The position numbers and the translations under genes are program-made. The notes beneath the pieces were generated by a model, which was given only the letters and a program-made list of their open reading frames with translations, was not told where the DNA came from and ran no database searches. Shown in pieces: positions 34,442-47,553 of a stretch of 64,000 nucleotides of DNA. Each line of letters starts with the position of its first letter. Positions within the stretch are counted from its first letter, which is position 1. This stretch comes from Paraphysomonas bandaiensis. Its lineage: Eukaryota; Protista; Chrysophyceae. Location: positions 1-64,000 of the forward strand of contig CBFFRP010000335.1 in NCBI GenBank assembly GCA_965644295.1, read 5' to 3'.

Positions 34442-34867
34442 ATGTCGAACAGAGTATGTTGTTTTCAATTGTTTATTAATGTAGATTGATATTTGATTTT
34501 TCAGATTGAGTACTCTGAGAAATATATGGATGGGATCTACGAATACAGGCACGTCATCCTTCCAAGAGAAATGGCAAAGGGCCTTCCCAAAGGACGAACT
34601 TTGTCGGAACAGGAGTGGCGTGGATCTGGGATTCAGCAGAGCAGGGGCTGGGAGCACTATGCTGTTCACAGGTATTTGTTGACAGAATACGTGAACAGAG
34701 CGGATCTAAAGTTGTATATATGTTTATTGTGTAGGCCTGAGCCACACATTCTTCTTTTTCGCCGACCCCTGGGTACTGATCCTGTATCTGGTGAAGTTGA
34801 CCCTGAGCTCGAGCGCGAGGCAAAACAGCAGTACCAGCAGGAGCTTGCCATGAACATGCATAAGTGA
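34442..34867 (+). CDS. CKS1: Cyclin-dependent kinase regulatory subunit
   Basis: [47 protein letters not shown] after removing introns 34454-34504 and 34672-34734. Confidence 0.97.
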
Positions 34868-35192
34868 AGAAGTCGTTCTGCCAAGGGGGTCCTTCAATAC
34901 CTTGTTACGTGTTGACTAAGATCGTTGCCAGTAAATGACTTGTAGGTATTCGTGTAATTCCGCATTTCGAAGGGTCGTTTTGCTTCCTTCGATTGCAATG
35001 TAGCTACTTCACTCCGTTTGCAGTTTGCTACCCGTAAGAATTAATTCCATATGTATTTGTAATTACTTCGTATTTCATCTGTAGTTGTTAGAGCTAAGTA
35101 TTGAATTTGTACATCAAGTATGAAACTTAATTTTATCTCGCACTTGAGAGATAATAGGGTAGTCAGATGTGTCCGTTCACCTTAAGTTGTGC

Positions 35193-35313
35193 AATGGCTG
35201 CGAAACAATCTATTGTCAGCAATTGGCACTGCAATAATTGAAATTGGGGTAGCAAATTATAATTGACTGAAATCTGCACCAATTAGTAGACAATTACTTG
35301 TTACTCTGCCCTG
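35193..35313. mobile_element. Tiny degenerate hAT-derived MITE
   Basis: Both ends resemble the hAT TIR cagggctgcgtaacaattaattg in inverted orientation. No TSD seen. Confidence 0.5.
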
Positions 35314-35496
35314 AAAAAACTCAACTAATAGTAGGACTGAGTGAATTTATTGTTGATAGGAACTAAGCGAATTCAGCCACTTATAACAGATTGACTGGTG
35401 GACATATGACAAAGAGATATAAAGGAGAACTGATAGTGTTAAAAGGCGGGGAAGTGGTCCTTTAGATGGTATGTCAAGAGAAAGGTCTCCCCTCAT

Positions 35497-36834
35497 CAGG
35501 GCTGCGTAACAATTAATTGCAATTTAATTGCCAATTATTGTCTAAGTAACTGGGTACTCACTGCAAGCACGAATACCTCCAGAAGTAAATTCAACACAAC
35601 AAAAGTCCGATCCCATTAACTGTAACTCATTTATAAGATAATATCCGATTGATTTTGCTTTAAAATCAATATCGGAATTCCCATCTTCACCTTGGACTCC
35701 ACACCATAGCAACATTAGTTGCCTAACATCTCCTTTTTTGTCCGAACAGCATAAGCAGCAAAATAGTATTATCTTGCACAACTCCATCCGAAAACAACTA
35801 ATTGAAAAAATTCTCTTGTTGGTAACATATCCTTAATGATAATATCCATCTCGTCGTCCCCCAAATACTTCGCTAAGTTGAAATATTTCCTGGTTTTTTC
35901 TCTCATGACAAAAGGAAAGGGTGGAGCATCCAGAACCACTAACTTACACCAGTGATGCACATTCCCGGCATGATATATTGTAATTGTATTGTTGAGCCTG
36001 TTTAAAATCTCCATCAATAGTATTGTTGGAACGCTATCTAACAATAGTATTGCAATATATTGTTTCCTAGCCCTGAGTAATAACTAATAGCCTAATAACT
36101 ATCAAGTAGTTTTTTCGATGTTGCTTTGATAATATGTTAGAATGTTTTTGTACATACTGGCATACTGGGTGCGGCTTATGATTATACAATACCATGGAAC
36201 ATGAATACACTGTAGATGTTGCAGTGGGAAGGACGTATAGTTAAACTTTTTCTCTTGTTTATATTTGTAAAGCTTAGCCTTCCAGTTATTATTAACGTTA
36301 TGTAAATGTAAGGTACCTGTATCTCACTATTAATTTACGCTTTTAGTTAGTGCAATATTGACTGATTGATATTATAGGAGATATAGTAAGTTTATGATGT
36401 TGTAGCACTGTGAGTTAGGAACCACGTCATTCACCAACATCAACATTCTGTTCTACAAATCATATCTTTAACAGCTACTATATTTTCAGTTTCTTTGTAT
36501 ACTTGTAATAGCTACTCCTATACTGTAGTCATGTTGTATATTCTGTATTTCATTGCTACATAGAATACAGGATAACTACTAGCGATTGGCTTTACCAAAC
36601 TTCAAGTACGCACGTAGGAATTGGTTGTAGTTCAATACTCACAGTATCTACATACAAGCTTCTTTTCAGTATACTGGCATTGGTGGTGCGAAAGAGTATT
36701 GGGTGCATGTTGCATAATTGAGGCAAGCTGGAGTCAATTCTAATTGAAATTTTTACTTGCTGTCTCAATTTCAGTTAATGTAATTTCAATATTAGACTAT
36801 TAATTGAAAATAAATTAATTGATACACAGCCCTG
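35497..36834 (-). mobile_element. Internally deleted hAT transposon with transposase remnant
   Basis: 22-bp TIRs cagggctg(c/t)gta(a/t)caattaatt. Remnant HWCKLVV..PFPFV..KTRKY..LP..F.LV..GWS; ends IRACSE, like DAIRACNE at ~54970. An 8-bp TSD was not found. Confidence 0.8.
36328..36637. mobile_element. Solo LTR (310 bp, TATTAA...TCAATA) nested in the hAT
   Basis: 5-bp TSD ctcac (36323-36327 / 36638-36642). Near-identical and same length as 47244-47553. Confidence 0.85.
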
Positions 36835-37270
36835 ATGCATACTGTTATACGACTCGAAGTTATTGCTGTGCCAAGTTGCTAGACCATAGACCAATATCAG
36901 GTTTTTCATATACTGAATTTCAATCCTAAATATTCATAACAAAGTCCATATGTAAGTTAACATCGTGGACTAGTATGCGTTGCTAATAATTAGTGTACGC
37001 CATTGTTATTTTTTCTTCATGGACTCTCTGCCTCCAAATTATACTTACAAAAAAACATAAAAAACTAACGTATTCAGAAATAATACTTCCAAATCAGTGA
37101 AACAAAACAACTATTTTACGATCTACGCATCTACACTCATATAGGGCAACTTGAAATATCATTTATTGTCACAACAATTGCACAACCAATATCACATACC
37201 AGAGTTCATTATTGTGGGCCATATTTGAGAGTGTAGTGAGCTCAATATGACAGAATGCTCATAATCTCAT

Positions 37271-37885
37271 TTACACTTCTTCCTCGTACTCCTCTGAGTC
37301 ATTCACTTCTTCCTCATCTTCGTATCCCTTGTTATTCTTCGCGTGGAGATAGCACGCAATACTTCCACTTTTCGAGTAGGTATTCTTACCGCTCGGAGAA
37401 GAGTTCTGCTCGATAACATGAATTGAATCTCCCTTTATGCTAGTAATGACAGCCACGTGACCATACGTTCCGGTCTTTAAGACCACGAGATCACCAGCAA
37501 TCGGCTTACTAGTCTTCGTGACTCCACTTGGATGAGTGTTGCAAAGATCAATGGCATTAGCATGCCAAATAGGGGTGGTTCCATACTTTTTAGCAAAGAA
37601 ACGTTGTGCAAGTTCAACACATTGGTATTTGTACCCATACGTGCCGTAGCCACTGCAGCTATTGCCAGTACACTGGTTTTTACCGTTGGAAAACGCGTTG
37701 ATGTTCTTGTAGCTAGCAAGCTTCGTGCCACAGGATGGAGCGTCACCGCAAGAGGAAAGAGAATAATTTCCGAATGTTTCCGGATAAATGAAGAGGTCCT
37801 GGGAATCGACATCTCCGCGTAAATTCTGCTGAGCAGAGATAGCAATGAAGAGGCCTAAACTTGCCACCAGCGAGATGAGACGCAT
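37271..37885 (-). CDS. Secreted CHAP-domain cysteine amidase/peptidase
   Basis: N-terminal signal peptide; YQCVELAQRF (Cys), GHVAVI (His), VIEQN; acidic tail; intronless. Confidence 0.88.
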   Translation of the reverse strand: MRLISLVASLGLFIAISAQQNLRGDVDSQDLFIYPETFGNYSLSSCGDAPSCGTKLASYKNINAFSNGKNQCTGNSCSGYGTYGYKYQCVELAQRFFAKKYGTTPIWHANAIDLCNTHPSGVTKTSKPIAGDLVVLKTGTYGHVAVITSIKGDSIHVIEQNSSPSGKNTYSKSGSIACYLHAKNNKGYEDEEEVNDSEEYEEEV

Positions 37886-38500
37886 GATTCACTTGCAAAA
37901 GAAATAAACCGCTTTGAATGAGGATACTTATAACGGGATCTTGCATTGCTTCCATGTCCAGGTGTTCTCATCGCTCATCCACACAACACAACAGCGCCAC
38001 ACGCCACACGCCAATCACAGAGCAGAGAAATGCAGAGATTATTCACTTTTACATATGGTAACACTACAGTGGTATACAACGTATACCTTATACATACAAT
38101 ACTGAATACTACGTCTTCTAGAATCATACTGTAGGTGTACCCCATGGTGGAAAGAACAGGAATCTTCTCGGCATGTTCCTCAGCAGCACCAGCAGCAGCA
38201 TGGAGTACGATATGGATATGGGATCTGCGCATATACCGTATACGGTATACTGCTTTAGGGAGTAGAGGGAATGGTCGGTACAGTATGCGTGTGGTATACT
38301 GCAGTGTAGTGTGCAGTGCTGTGATTCCAAGTGAGCTCATGACAGAGAGAGGAGACGAAATATACATGTGCATGTGCATCTGTCAGTCGCTTCATGAGAA
38401 ATATTCACTGACACCCCTCATTGTGAAGCTCTTGACCCTGTATCCGTGAGTGATTTAAATTGAGCTCAGTGGTCGTTTAGTCGACTGGAGAGATACCAAC

Positions 38501-40348
38501 ATGAGCGATGAAGAGAACGATAACTATGAATATACTTATTGGTCAGAGGATGAGTATGATGAAGCGGATGAAGAGGCTCCTACCAATAAACGAAGTAAGA
38601 GCAGCTTCACAGTAGACGCTGACACGACTCGGGAGAAATATTTGGATGCTGATAGTCAAGACTTTCGCATATGGGCGACTGGATGTACGATTAAGATGTC
38701 GATCACTTCCGCTGTACGGCAACTTGTGGAACATCCATCCGGCAAACTGTCTGTACTGTGTTCGAAAGACGAGTTGTATGCAGACACTCCTATCAAGAAG
38801 ATGATGGTGTTTGTGGATGTTGCACCCTCTATGACAGTTGTCTATGAACTGAAATTTGACTCGTCCAAGGAGCTGAAGTCGTCTCCGCCTCGACTGAAGT
38901 GTCTAACCTATTGTGGGGCTGGAACATTTCTCTTCCCTAATTTACTACTGCCGAACTGCTTGGGGCAGTTCGTTGATTTTGGGAAAGTTTTCTACCGTTT
39001 ATCTGAAGAGCTCGTGAAGTACCGCGATGCGTTTGAGCCTTTTGTGTCAATCACTGAGAGTGACGTATTTTATTTGATCCAAGAGCTTGCATACTGCACT
39101 CAGTTTTCCACGAAGAGTGTCATTTCACTGGAGGACAACGGAATTATAACTGGGATGGAGCGTCAGTCTGCGCTGTCGGAGAGTAAGGGTGTTGGATACA
39201 GTTCAGGAATGGATATTATCAGTATTAAACGGGACATGTCTTATACGACTCATCTGTGTACGCTTATCCGAGGAATTTCGTCCCAATTCAGTCCGAAGGC
39301 AATCGTGGGCCCATTAGTGGAACTTGTGGAATGTATGGTTCGAGAACTTTCGGTAGAGGAAATAACCCGCAATGCAGCTTATGCCGAGGAGCTTTTCAAT
39401 CTTATATCCCTCATTCAAAGGACTTCTAGTAACGAGGAGAAGCATTCGGGGGGCTGTGGTCTAAGTGATGACACCCTTCGAAAATTAAACAGATTTAAAA
39501 CTACATTGAATGGTGAGTACGGCTTGGATGCAATTTGTATCCCAGAGTTTGTGATTGCTGAGGAGGCAGCAGCATCAGCGGCCCTCAAGGGGAGTGCTGG
39601 TGGGGAGCCTGTTGTGTTTATTGAACAATTTGCTCGGCACACGTATATACAGGGTTCGAGATGCATTTCAGCTGGAGGTTCTCTGTCTGGTAGGCTGATG
39701 CGACGAATCAATATTGAGTTAAGCACCCTTTCGTCGTCACTGCCACATTACATCAGACTTATGGTACTGGAAAGTAATCCTTGTGTCTGTAAATTTCTCA
39801 TACGTGGTCCTGAAGATACTCCCTACGAGGGGGGGTTCTTTTTATTCGATATGAAGCTACCAGACGACTATCCATCCAATCCACCCAGTGTTACCTTCCT
39901 AACCACAGGAGGGGGGTCTGTGCGTTTTAACCCTAATCTATACAATGAAGGGAAAGTTTGTTTATCTCTTCTTGGGACATGGCCGGGTGAAAAGTGGGAC
40001 TCTTCTCTATCGAACATTAACCAGGTTCTTCAATCCATCTGCTTTCTCATTCTGGTTCCTGAACCGTATTTTAATGAGCCGGGCTATCAGGCTTCACAGG
40101 GAACGCGGCTTGGTGAGGAGGAAAGTGAAAGGTATAACAGAGAAATACGGGTACACACCATTAGGTCTGCTGTTCTGGACCACCTTACATCTCCGGATGC
40201 TGAATTCGGTGATGTAATATATTCGATGCTCCGAGAGTCTTGGCCGAAAACAAAGGCGATATTTACTCGGTGGGGAGATGAGGATCCAAATTCAAAAAAC
40301 ACCATCCGCGGGCTTATCCGACAAATTGATAACCACGTGAATGCATGA
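38501..40348 (+). CDS. Ubiquitin-conjugating enzyme E2 (BIRC6/UBE2Z-like UBC domain) with N-terminal extension
   Basis: LI.GPEDTPYEGG.F.FD..LP.DYP..PP; RFNPNLYNEGKVCLSLLGTW; EPYFNEPGY. Confidence 0.92.
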   Translation: MSDEENDNYEYTYWSEDEYDEADEEAPTNKRSKSSFTVDADTTREKYLDADSQDFRIWATGCTIKMSITSAVRQLVEHPSGKLSVLCSKDELYADTPIKKMMVFVDVAPSMTVVYELKFDSSKELKSSPPRLKCLTYCGAGTFLFPNLLLPNCLGQFVDFGKVFYRLSEELVKYRDAFEPFVSITESDVFYLIQELAYCTQFSTKSVISLEDNGIITGMERQSALSESKGVGYSSGMDIISIKRDMSYTTHLCTLIRGISSQFSPKAIVGPLVELVECMVRELSVEEITRNAAYAEELFNLISLIQRTSSNEEKHSGGCGLSDDTLRKLNRFKTTLNGEYGLDAICIPEFVIAEEAAASAALKGSAGGEPVVFIEQFARHTYIQGSRCISAGGSLSGRLMRRINIELSTLSSSLPHYIRLMVLESNPCVCKFLIRGPEDTPYEGGFFLFDMKLPDDYPSNPPSVTFLTTGGGSVRFNPNLYNEGKVCLSLLGTWPGEKWDSSLSNINQVLQSICFLILVPEPYFNEPGYQASQGTRLGEEESERYNREIRVHTIRSAVLDHLTSPDAEFGDVIYSMLRESWPKTKAIFTRWGDEDPNSKNTIRGLIRQIDNHVNA

Positions 40349-40821
40349 TTGTACAGACACTTTATGGAGTGTGATAATAGGAGTTATTATATTATGGATG
40401 ATAAGAAATGTGTTGGTATATATAGTTCGATGATTTAACATGTCTTTCCATTAGCTCGGTAGCAAGTTACCAAGTATTCGGTAACGAATAACAGTTAAGT
40501 AGCTGGTCAACTTTGCGAATGTGCTAGCTAAGTATATTAAATTTTGTTTGCTTTCAACGTGAGTACACCTAGCTATGCATGCTTCCAATATCTCTTATAA
40601 TTAGAAAACCGAAGTAGAAGAGTCCTACAAACTACAAGCACTCGCCACTGAGATAACATAAAGACAAAAATTAGTAATAAGATATTATGGTATATTATCT
40701 ATATAATATATATGCTATGAACATAGTAAAATTACAGACCTAAGCTAAATAAATCATGGTGTGACCAAACCCATCTGCACTTCCAGAACTCATGTTCATG
40801 GAGATCTTCTCCCTCACATTA

Positions 40822-41022
40822 AAGAACGGAAGTGGTTGCACTTTCGTGCTTGGGGCGACGTACAAGCAGCTCTATCTAATTAGAATTTGTACTAGTTAGT
40901 AGTTACAGGTAGAAGTCTATCTAGCTTGACTAGCTTACTAGTTTTCATCTAGCTACTTATATAGTGCAGATGTGCAGATGTTTGACGTCTATTGCTAATA
41001 ATAAGTAATAAGACTTCCATAT
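40822..41022 (+). mobile_element. Family X retroposon, 5'-truncated copy
   Basis: Retains the 3' ~200 bp (cggaagtggttgcac...ctattgctaataataag..gacttcc). TSD unclear. Confidence 0.75.
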
Positions 41023-42141
41023 ATTAAGAGGGATGAAGAATTCCCATTTATTTTGGCACTAGAAATCACGACGACTTTAGTTATGATTGAATACATTTTA
41101 GTACTCGATACGTAGACATTCAACTTAAATATTCGGTTTAAATAAACTCTCTTCTCTTTTTAATTATGATATTGACAGCATCTTATGTATATGATTTCTC
41201 TATATTACACGGTTGTAGGAAAACCACAATGATGCATCAATTTTCTCAAAATCATATTATTATCAAACCAAGTTATATAATGACGTCAGAGTGCAAGTTT
41301 TCTATCAGCAAAACCAGGGCTTCGAAATAAAACTTCAAGAAACTTGCTGGAGAGTTCAAATGCTACATCTAATGCTGAATGTGATTCCGAGCAGTGACAC
41401 CCAGTAATGCTTAGGTCACGTCGTGCTTTTCAGGGTTATTTTCGTCATATCATACACACAGCATTTGAAGGGATTGGCAATTGTGCAAGACTAACTCAAA
41501 ATAATAAATCTCCAAATTTTAATGAAAGTACAACAAGTAGAAGGATACTGAGGGAATATCAACTGCGAGGCATTGAAATTTGTACAGAAGTGCGATGGTG
41601 AATGCGAAAAATTGTCGACGAAGCATGTTGTTGTCTTTTTGTCATCACATACATTTCTATTATACAACACGCTTATTAACGTATTCTAGTGTAACTGACT
41701 TATGTGGATACCATTGATTTGAAACAATACTTTGATTTTTATTTGTTTTCTTAATATAGTAATCTGGGACACCTATTTCCTCATATAGCAAGCGAACAAC
41801 AAATAGCTATAAATTCTAGATATATTAGATTTACAATTTAATGAGGGTAAGCTACAGTTTATCTAGGGGTATAAGAAGTATTGTCCCTCTCGTCCAAAAT
41901 GTAAAACTCGGTAGTTTCGCCTTCAATTCAAAATTTGGAGTAACTAGGGCTTAAATATAACTCTACATGCTTAACATTACATCTCCTCTTGAAAACTGTG
42001 TTAGTTTACTTATTAGTTAAAATAATATCGATATTGTGAGGGTTTTAAATTAGAAATGAAATTTATTTACACAACAAGAGCAGTATGACATGCAAATGAA
42101 TAACAACTTCCAATAATACAGCGGTACAACTAAACTAGGTA

Positions 42142-45100
42142 CTACGCCACATTCGGCGGAGCAACATATCTGAGCGTTGCATTTTCATGATGAAGCCAAT
42201 AATCAATTTCGTTTAAATTCAATAGCGGTATCAAACAATCCACATTGTATAAAAAATTCTTCACGGTCAGAGTTACATTAGGTAGAATAGTTCCAAGTGG
42301 CATTGGATTTCGTCTTTTCGTCACTATAACAACACCTCTGCATTTTTGCAGTTAATTTATATAAAGTATTTTGAAAAAGGAAGTCATACCCATCAAAATC
42401 TCCCATGGCAGTGTCCAATGAACTGTCTATCCGTAACTCAACAATGAGCTGTATAGAAATCACCACAATAGATGCCATTATATTGTATTTTACCTTCCAA
42501 AGATCTCCGAAATAATAAAATGGTTGCAAGCCAGTCGATTCCCTTGATTCATAAGGGTAAGATGGTCTCCCACCATGTATTAGAACCACACCAGTATCCT
42601 TTACCACTGAAATCGCTTCCCTCACGACAGCTTGCACGTCTGCAAAGTTCTTCCCCCACTCAATCGATATAAGGTCAAATTGTCTGTGCTCAAATTCCAG
42701 TAGTCCAACAGAAACAAACTCATAAATCGATGTAAAAGTATGAGTGGCATATTGCGCTTTACCACTGTTCCTGGAAGTAGTCAAATCAACGCAGTAAACT
42801 GAAACTCGGCTGGGAATATGGTCGAAGTGAGTTCTCGAGCAACCCAGCTGCAGATACGTTCCTAGTGCAAATTCATTAGCACTAAATCGTTAACTTAGAA
42901 TCCTAGGACTCACCTCCATTGTCTTCTTGGGGAACCATAAGTCGAATAAGGTATCCTATGAGTAAGGACCCTGTCGTTCTAAGGTGACACGGTGACGAGG
43001 AGTTATACGTCCGCACAACATTCGTATGAGATAGAACTCGATAAGATGCAGTGCTTCCCGTGAGAAGAGATACTGTGTCATATTTACTTGTAGAAGTCGA
43101 AGAGGGGTGCACAGAAATACAAGAACACTCTATCCACCGCATCGCAAACTCACGAGTAGGTATTTGCTTTGTCGACGTAGAGGCGATGCAAACTTGCTCA
43201 CGGTAGGACAAAAGAGCACTTCCAACAGCATCCCGTTCACGATCTTTCCAGTGAATATCACCTGTTGCCTCCGCATATCACATTGAATAAATTATTCGCA
43301 CACATTCTACTCATGTGGTACGCTAAACTAAATACTCAGTATCAACTAACCCACATGCCAACGAAAAAATGAATTTCATTATACCTAAGTTTTTCAATGC
43401 GGAAGTGAGCAGTGCCAAAGATGACGGTATAGGTTCCTCTCCTTCACGTCGCACAGATGTCTGTGTCATATCTTCACGCATATACTTCAGCCCTCTGGCC
43501 TCCAACTCCCTTCGTAGTGGAGGATCTTGAAGCAGAGCGAGAATAGCTGGGCGAAGGGATGATGTATCAACAAAAATAACGACCCCTCCAAGAAATTCCT
43601 CATCCAGGGAACTTCCCGAGCGCTGCGAAGCTAAGTTTATATAATAAAAAAAATACACCAACGCAACTGAATACAACATTTAACAATAATGATCTTGTGT
43701 TTTAACAAGCCGTTTTCGAAACAAAACCATTGTTACCTCGCTGACAACCACTTTACCTCTTCCGAGAAGAGCTTTGATCCGATGTAGATTGGCAGCAGCT
43801 CCATGAGGCTTGATATCCCCAGGCTCCTCTCCACAATAAAGCGGTATATTCTCATTAGCTTCAGCTTCAGAAATGGGCCAATCCGTGTTGGCAAGACTTA
43901 GCACAATCTAAACACCAAACACATTTCAAGAATACATATATGCAAGTATTACTGGTAAAATACTACGTACAAGATAGAAATGATCGATTTCTGAGCTGCA
44001 AACACTCGCATTCACAACGAAAACCACAAGTACAGTCTATGATACATAAAATATATTATGCTTTCACCTTTGATTGATCCACTAGATGGTCGAGCTTTTC
44101 GAAGAACGCAGAGTAGTTCAGAAGGAAATGAACTTTCAGGCTGTGTTGGTAAGCGAACTCCTGTAATTCTTGTAGTACTCGTTTTCTGTGGTCATTACAA
44201 CTACCGTAGAATAATATATCTATTGGTTTTGATTCATCAGCCATTCGTAGTATCTCATTCGAGCTATACGTGCTATTTAAAGTGTCTAAGAGAATATGAG
44301 ATGAAGTGATGGGAGGTTAAAGTAAACCACCTGCAAACGAAAATTCTGCTTGAGCTAAAGCCAAGACTCTGAGAGGAATCAAACAAGGCACCAGAATTAG
44401 CTTATGACTTAAAGTTCTCGACAACTTCTTCCTCCATTTGATTATGTTGGATGGAATAGTTTCCCAAATCATGACCGCTGAGTCGACATACCAGCGGGAA
44501 TATCTCGCTTCATCCCGCTTGCACTCATCTGTGTGAAAACCTGTAGCCATCTCCTCTGGAGATACCATAGTGGGATTCTTTTCGAATGACCACATCAAAT
44601 ATTCCCTTCCAAAAACTTTTTTTGTAGGTGACATTGCTTCAATGGCCAGAAAATCCGGTCCAGACAAGGCTGATGTCGTAAGTCTGTGAGGAATACCTGG
44701 GAGTAGACAGAAGATATACAGTAAAAATACACACCATAAGCTTACCTAGCGTGTTCAGTGCATCCGAAAGGCCTAGTAAGTTCTCCCCGAAGGTAGACAT
44801 TGTTGTCAAATCTAAATAGAGTATCAATGTCGTCTCCAGAGGCCACAGCAGTTCAGGTAACTCATGAACTCTCTCTATATTTTCCACTGGAGATGGTATG
44901 GAGTGTACAGAAGTACGTGTAGATCCCACTAGATAACCTTTAATGATGGTCTCTACCAGGTCAAGGAAAGCCTCGTAGTGCAATATATACGGTCCACTTA
45001 GGATAAGAGGAAGTGTGGGGAGAACGGAAACGTACGTCTCATACAATGAGCGAGAGCCATCGAGAGCAGCGAAAACACTATGTACACTCTTGAAATGACT

Positions 45101-45571
45101 TTTAGTTGCGTCAACAGTAACTAAAATTGCGCTGGGATAAGTGTGGAGTATGTACGATATTAATTCGATAGCATGTCGATGAATAGGATCAACTGCATGT
45201 CGAGTACTATTACTCGAAGCAACCAACTCTGCATAAAAGGCAGCCCTCAAAAAGTTTTCTTGCAGAAAATAAATCTTAGATAAACACCAATGGCCTCTAG
45301 GCTGATGGGGAGCAAGCAGCAACGCACGCAGCGCATATCGATACGCCGCAATGTAGTTCCGCTTCTCTATATACAGCTCGCATAGTCTGCAGAGGGAATC
45401 AACATTGCCGGCTGACTCTTGCAGAGTATCCCATATGACTTTTTCATCTGGAGATAGTTGTAAGTGCTCCTGAGCCGAATGGCTGCTACTAATATCACAA
45501 TACTGCGACAAACAGACCAGCAGACACCCCACGAGAGACACAGACACAGCACACCATACTGAACGCCTCAT
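42142..45571 (-). CDS. Signal-anchored TPR + glycosyltransferase-like + methyltransferase-like protein, multi-exon
   Basis: Hydrophobic N-terminus; TPR-like helices (AL.LAP..PR.HW); IDILFYGS.N..R and HRI..LL..GKVVVSE (GT-B-like); YLQLGC and FDLISI..G..LIH (Methyltransf_24-like). Exon structure approximate; could be two genes. Confidence 0.6.
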
Positions 45572-45985
45572 TGTGGGGTCCGTCAAATCATACCATAGTG
45601 TAGGCGCCTCGTAGGCTGTCTTGAGTTTGCTTGTGTTCTTGTTAACGTGCATGCATTGGCCGCATGTGACTGAGTGAGCTCGCTCGAATCATATCCGACT
45701 GACGTTCACATGCACTGCTGCTGCTGCTGCAGTCACAATAGCACTGTACAGTACACCAGTGTATCAGATATTCAGACCGAAACCCTACATATTCTGGTAT
45801 TCCTACTGCACCAAAACCCCATATTTTCCACCCTACTTTAGCACCACTTCAGCACGACTCCTCCTACAAGACGCGCACAGAGTATGCACATATGAACCTC
45901 GCACCTTAACAACACATCCACTTGACATAAGACGCGACTTATCTTTATCCTCCTCCTTGTGGTCACTGTAGGGACATAGAGAGCG

Positions 45986-46621
45986 ATGATATTTGATCCT
46001 CTCTTAGTGGTCTTTCAAATCATATCCATGCAGGTAGAGTAGCATGTGGTTCCTCCTCTCGCAACCGACTGATACTACATTCCCATGCAGTGTTTCTACT
46101 ATTTAACTATGGGAACTTGCATTGGGCTGGTACACTCTTTGTTTGGAACTGCCATAACTCTCGACCATTTCTTTACGCCGAATTACATAGACTTGGGAAC
46201 ATTCGAGGGATGGTCCGAAGCGTTCTGTATATTCATATCGTCGCTAGTAGGGTGCGTACGTACAGGGGAATCACGCCTGACTTTAATTATGGCTTCTTTG
46301 ATGTAGGGCGTGGTTGCTTATGATAATTGTGGAAAAGTCTAAGAAGTGTGTTGACTTCACATTTACACTATTCTTCATTCACACTGTTGTGTGTTCTTTC
46401 TACGAGGTATATACCACAGCTCACATTGTACTTGCTAATCACCACTATTTCAGAGTTTTCCATTGAACTGGAATTGGTGGTTGGTGCATGTTATAGCATC
46501 TGTAGTAATGGCTTCTCTTGGTGAGTATCTTTGCGCCCGGAAAGAGATGGAAGACATCCCACTGTATTCACCTGATGGACCTGTGAAGCAGCAATTGAAC
46601 GTAGACAATGCGGATTTGTAA
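45986..46621 (+). CDS. SYS1: Golgi integral membrane protein SYS1
   Basis: FDP.L...QII.MQ.FYY; IVEKSKKC.DF..T.F.IH; FP.NW.WW; LGEYLC.RKEM.DIP; three short introns. Confidence 0.93.
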
Positions 46622-47243
46622 ATAGTCTAGGGAATGTTGATATGATATATTTACAATATTTCTATGGCCAATTTTAGCTTAATAATGGTGAGAATATGCT
46701 AACGCTCTATTTATAATTTTGGTATGGGGACATTACTGTTGGCAGTGTCTGCAGCAGTACTGAGGAGTATAAAAACATCCCCATACCAGTGGGCAGTGCC
46801 TGATACACAATACTATCTACCAGAGAACCGTATATTGATATTATGCTATTACAGATTACAGAACAGTTTTTTTGTACATATTGAGGTTCCACTAAATCCT
46901 AGGTGATGAGTATATGCTATATTGTATGCAATTGAAAGGTGGATTTTATGGTATCCGAATTATAACCGTTACGTACAGTATGCTGTAGTGGTAATGGCGT
47001 TATATGAATTATATCAGTAAAACTGATATACTTTGACTGTATAAGATCGTGACAATATAAGGTTTAATGTAATTGAATGGGGGTGGACGAGACGACATAA
47101 ACGTAGTAAATAATGATAAATATTAATCACAATTGTAATACTTAGTTATTGAGTGTATTCAAAAAACTCACTTGTTTAGGTAATCATCCTAGTAGTGAAT
47201 GTCTTATTATTAGTAATAGGCGTTTGAGAGTCAGAGCTAAATA

Positions 47244-47553
47244 TATTAACATATGCTTTTTAAGAGTGCAATATTGACTGATTGATATTAAGGGAGATAT
47301 AGTAAGTTTATGATGTTGTAGCACTGTGAGCTAGGAACCACGTCATTCACCAACATCAACATTCTGTTCTACAAATCGTATCTTTAACAGCTACTATATT
47401 TTCAGTTTCTTTGTATACTTGTAATAGCTACTCCTATACTGTAGTCATGTTGTATATTCTGTATTTCATTGCTACATAGAATACAGGATAACTACTAGCG
47501 ATAGACTTTACCAAACTTCAAGTACGTACGTAGGAGTTGGTTGTAGTTCAATA
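47244..47553. mobile_element. Solo LTR (310 bp), same family as 36328-36637
   Basis: Aligns without evident gaps to 36328-36637. TATTAA...TCAATA termini. TSD aaata/aatta (4/5). Confidence 0.82.
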
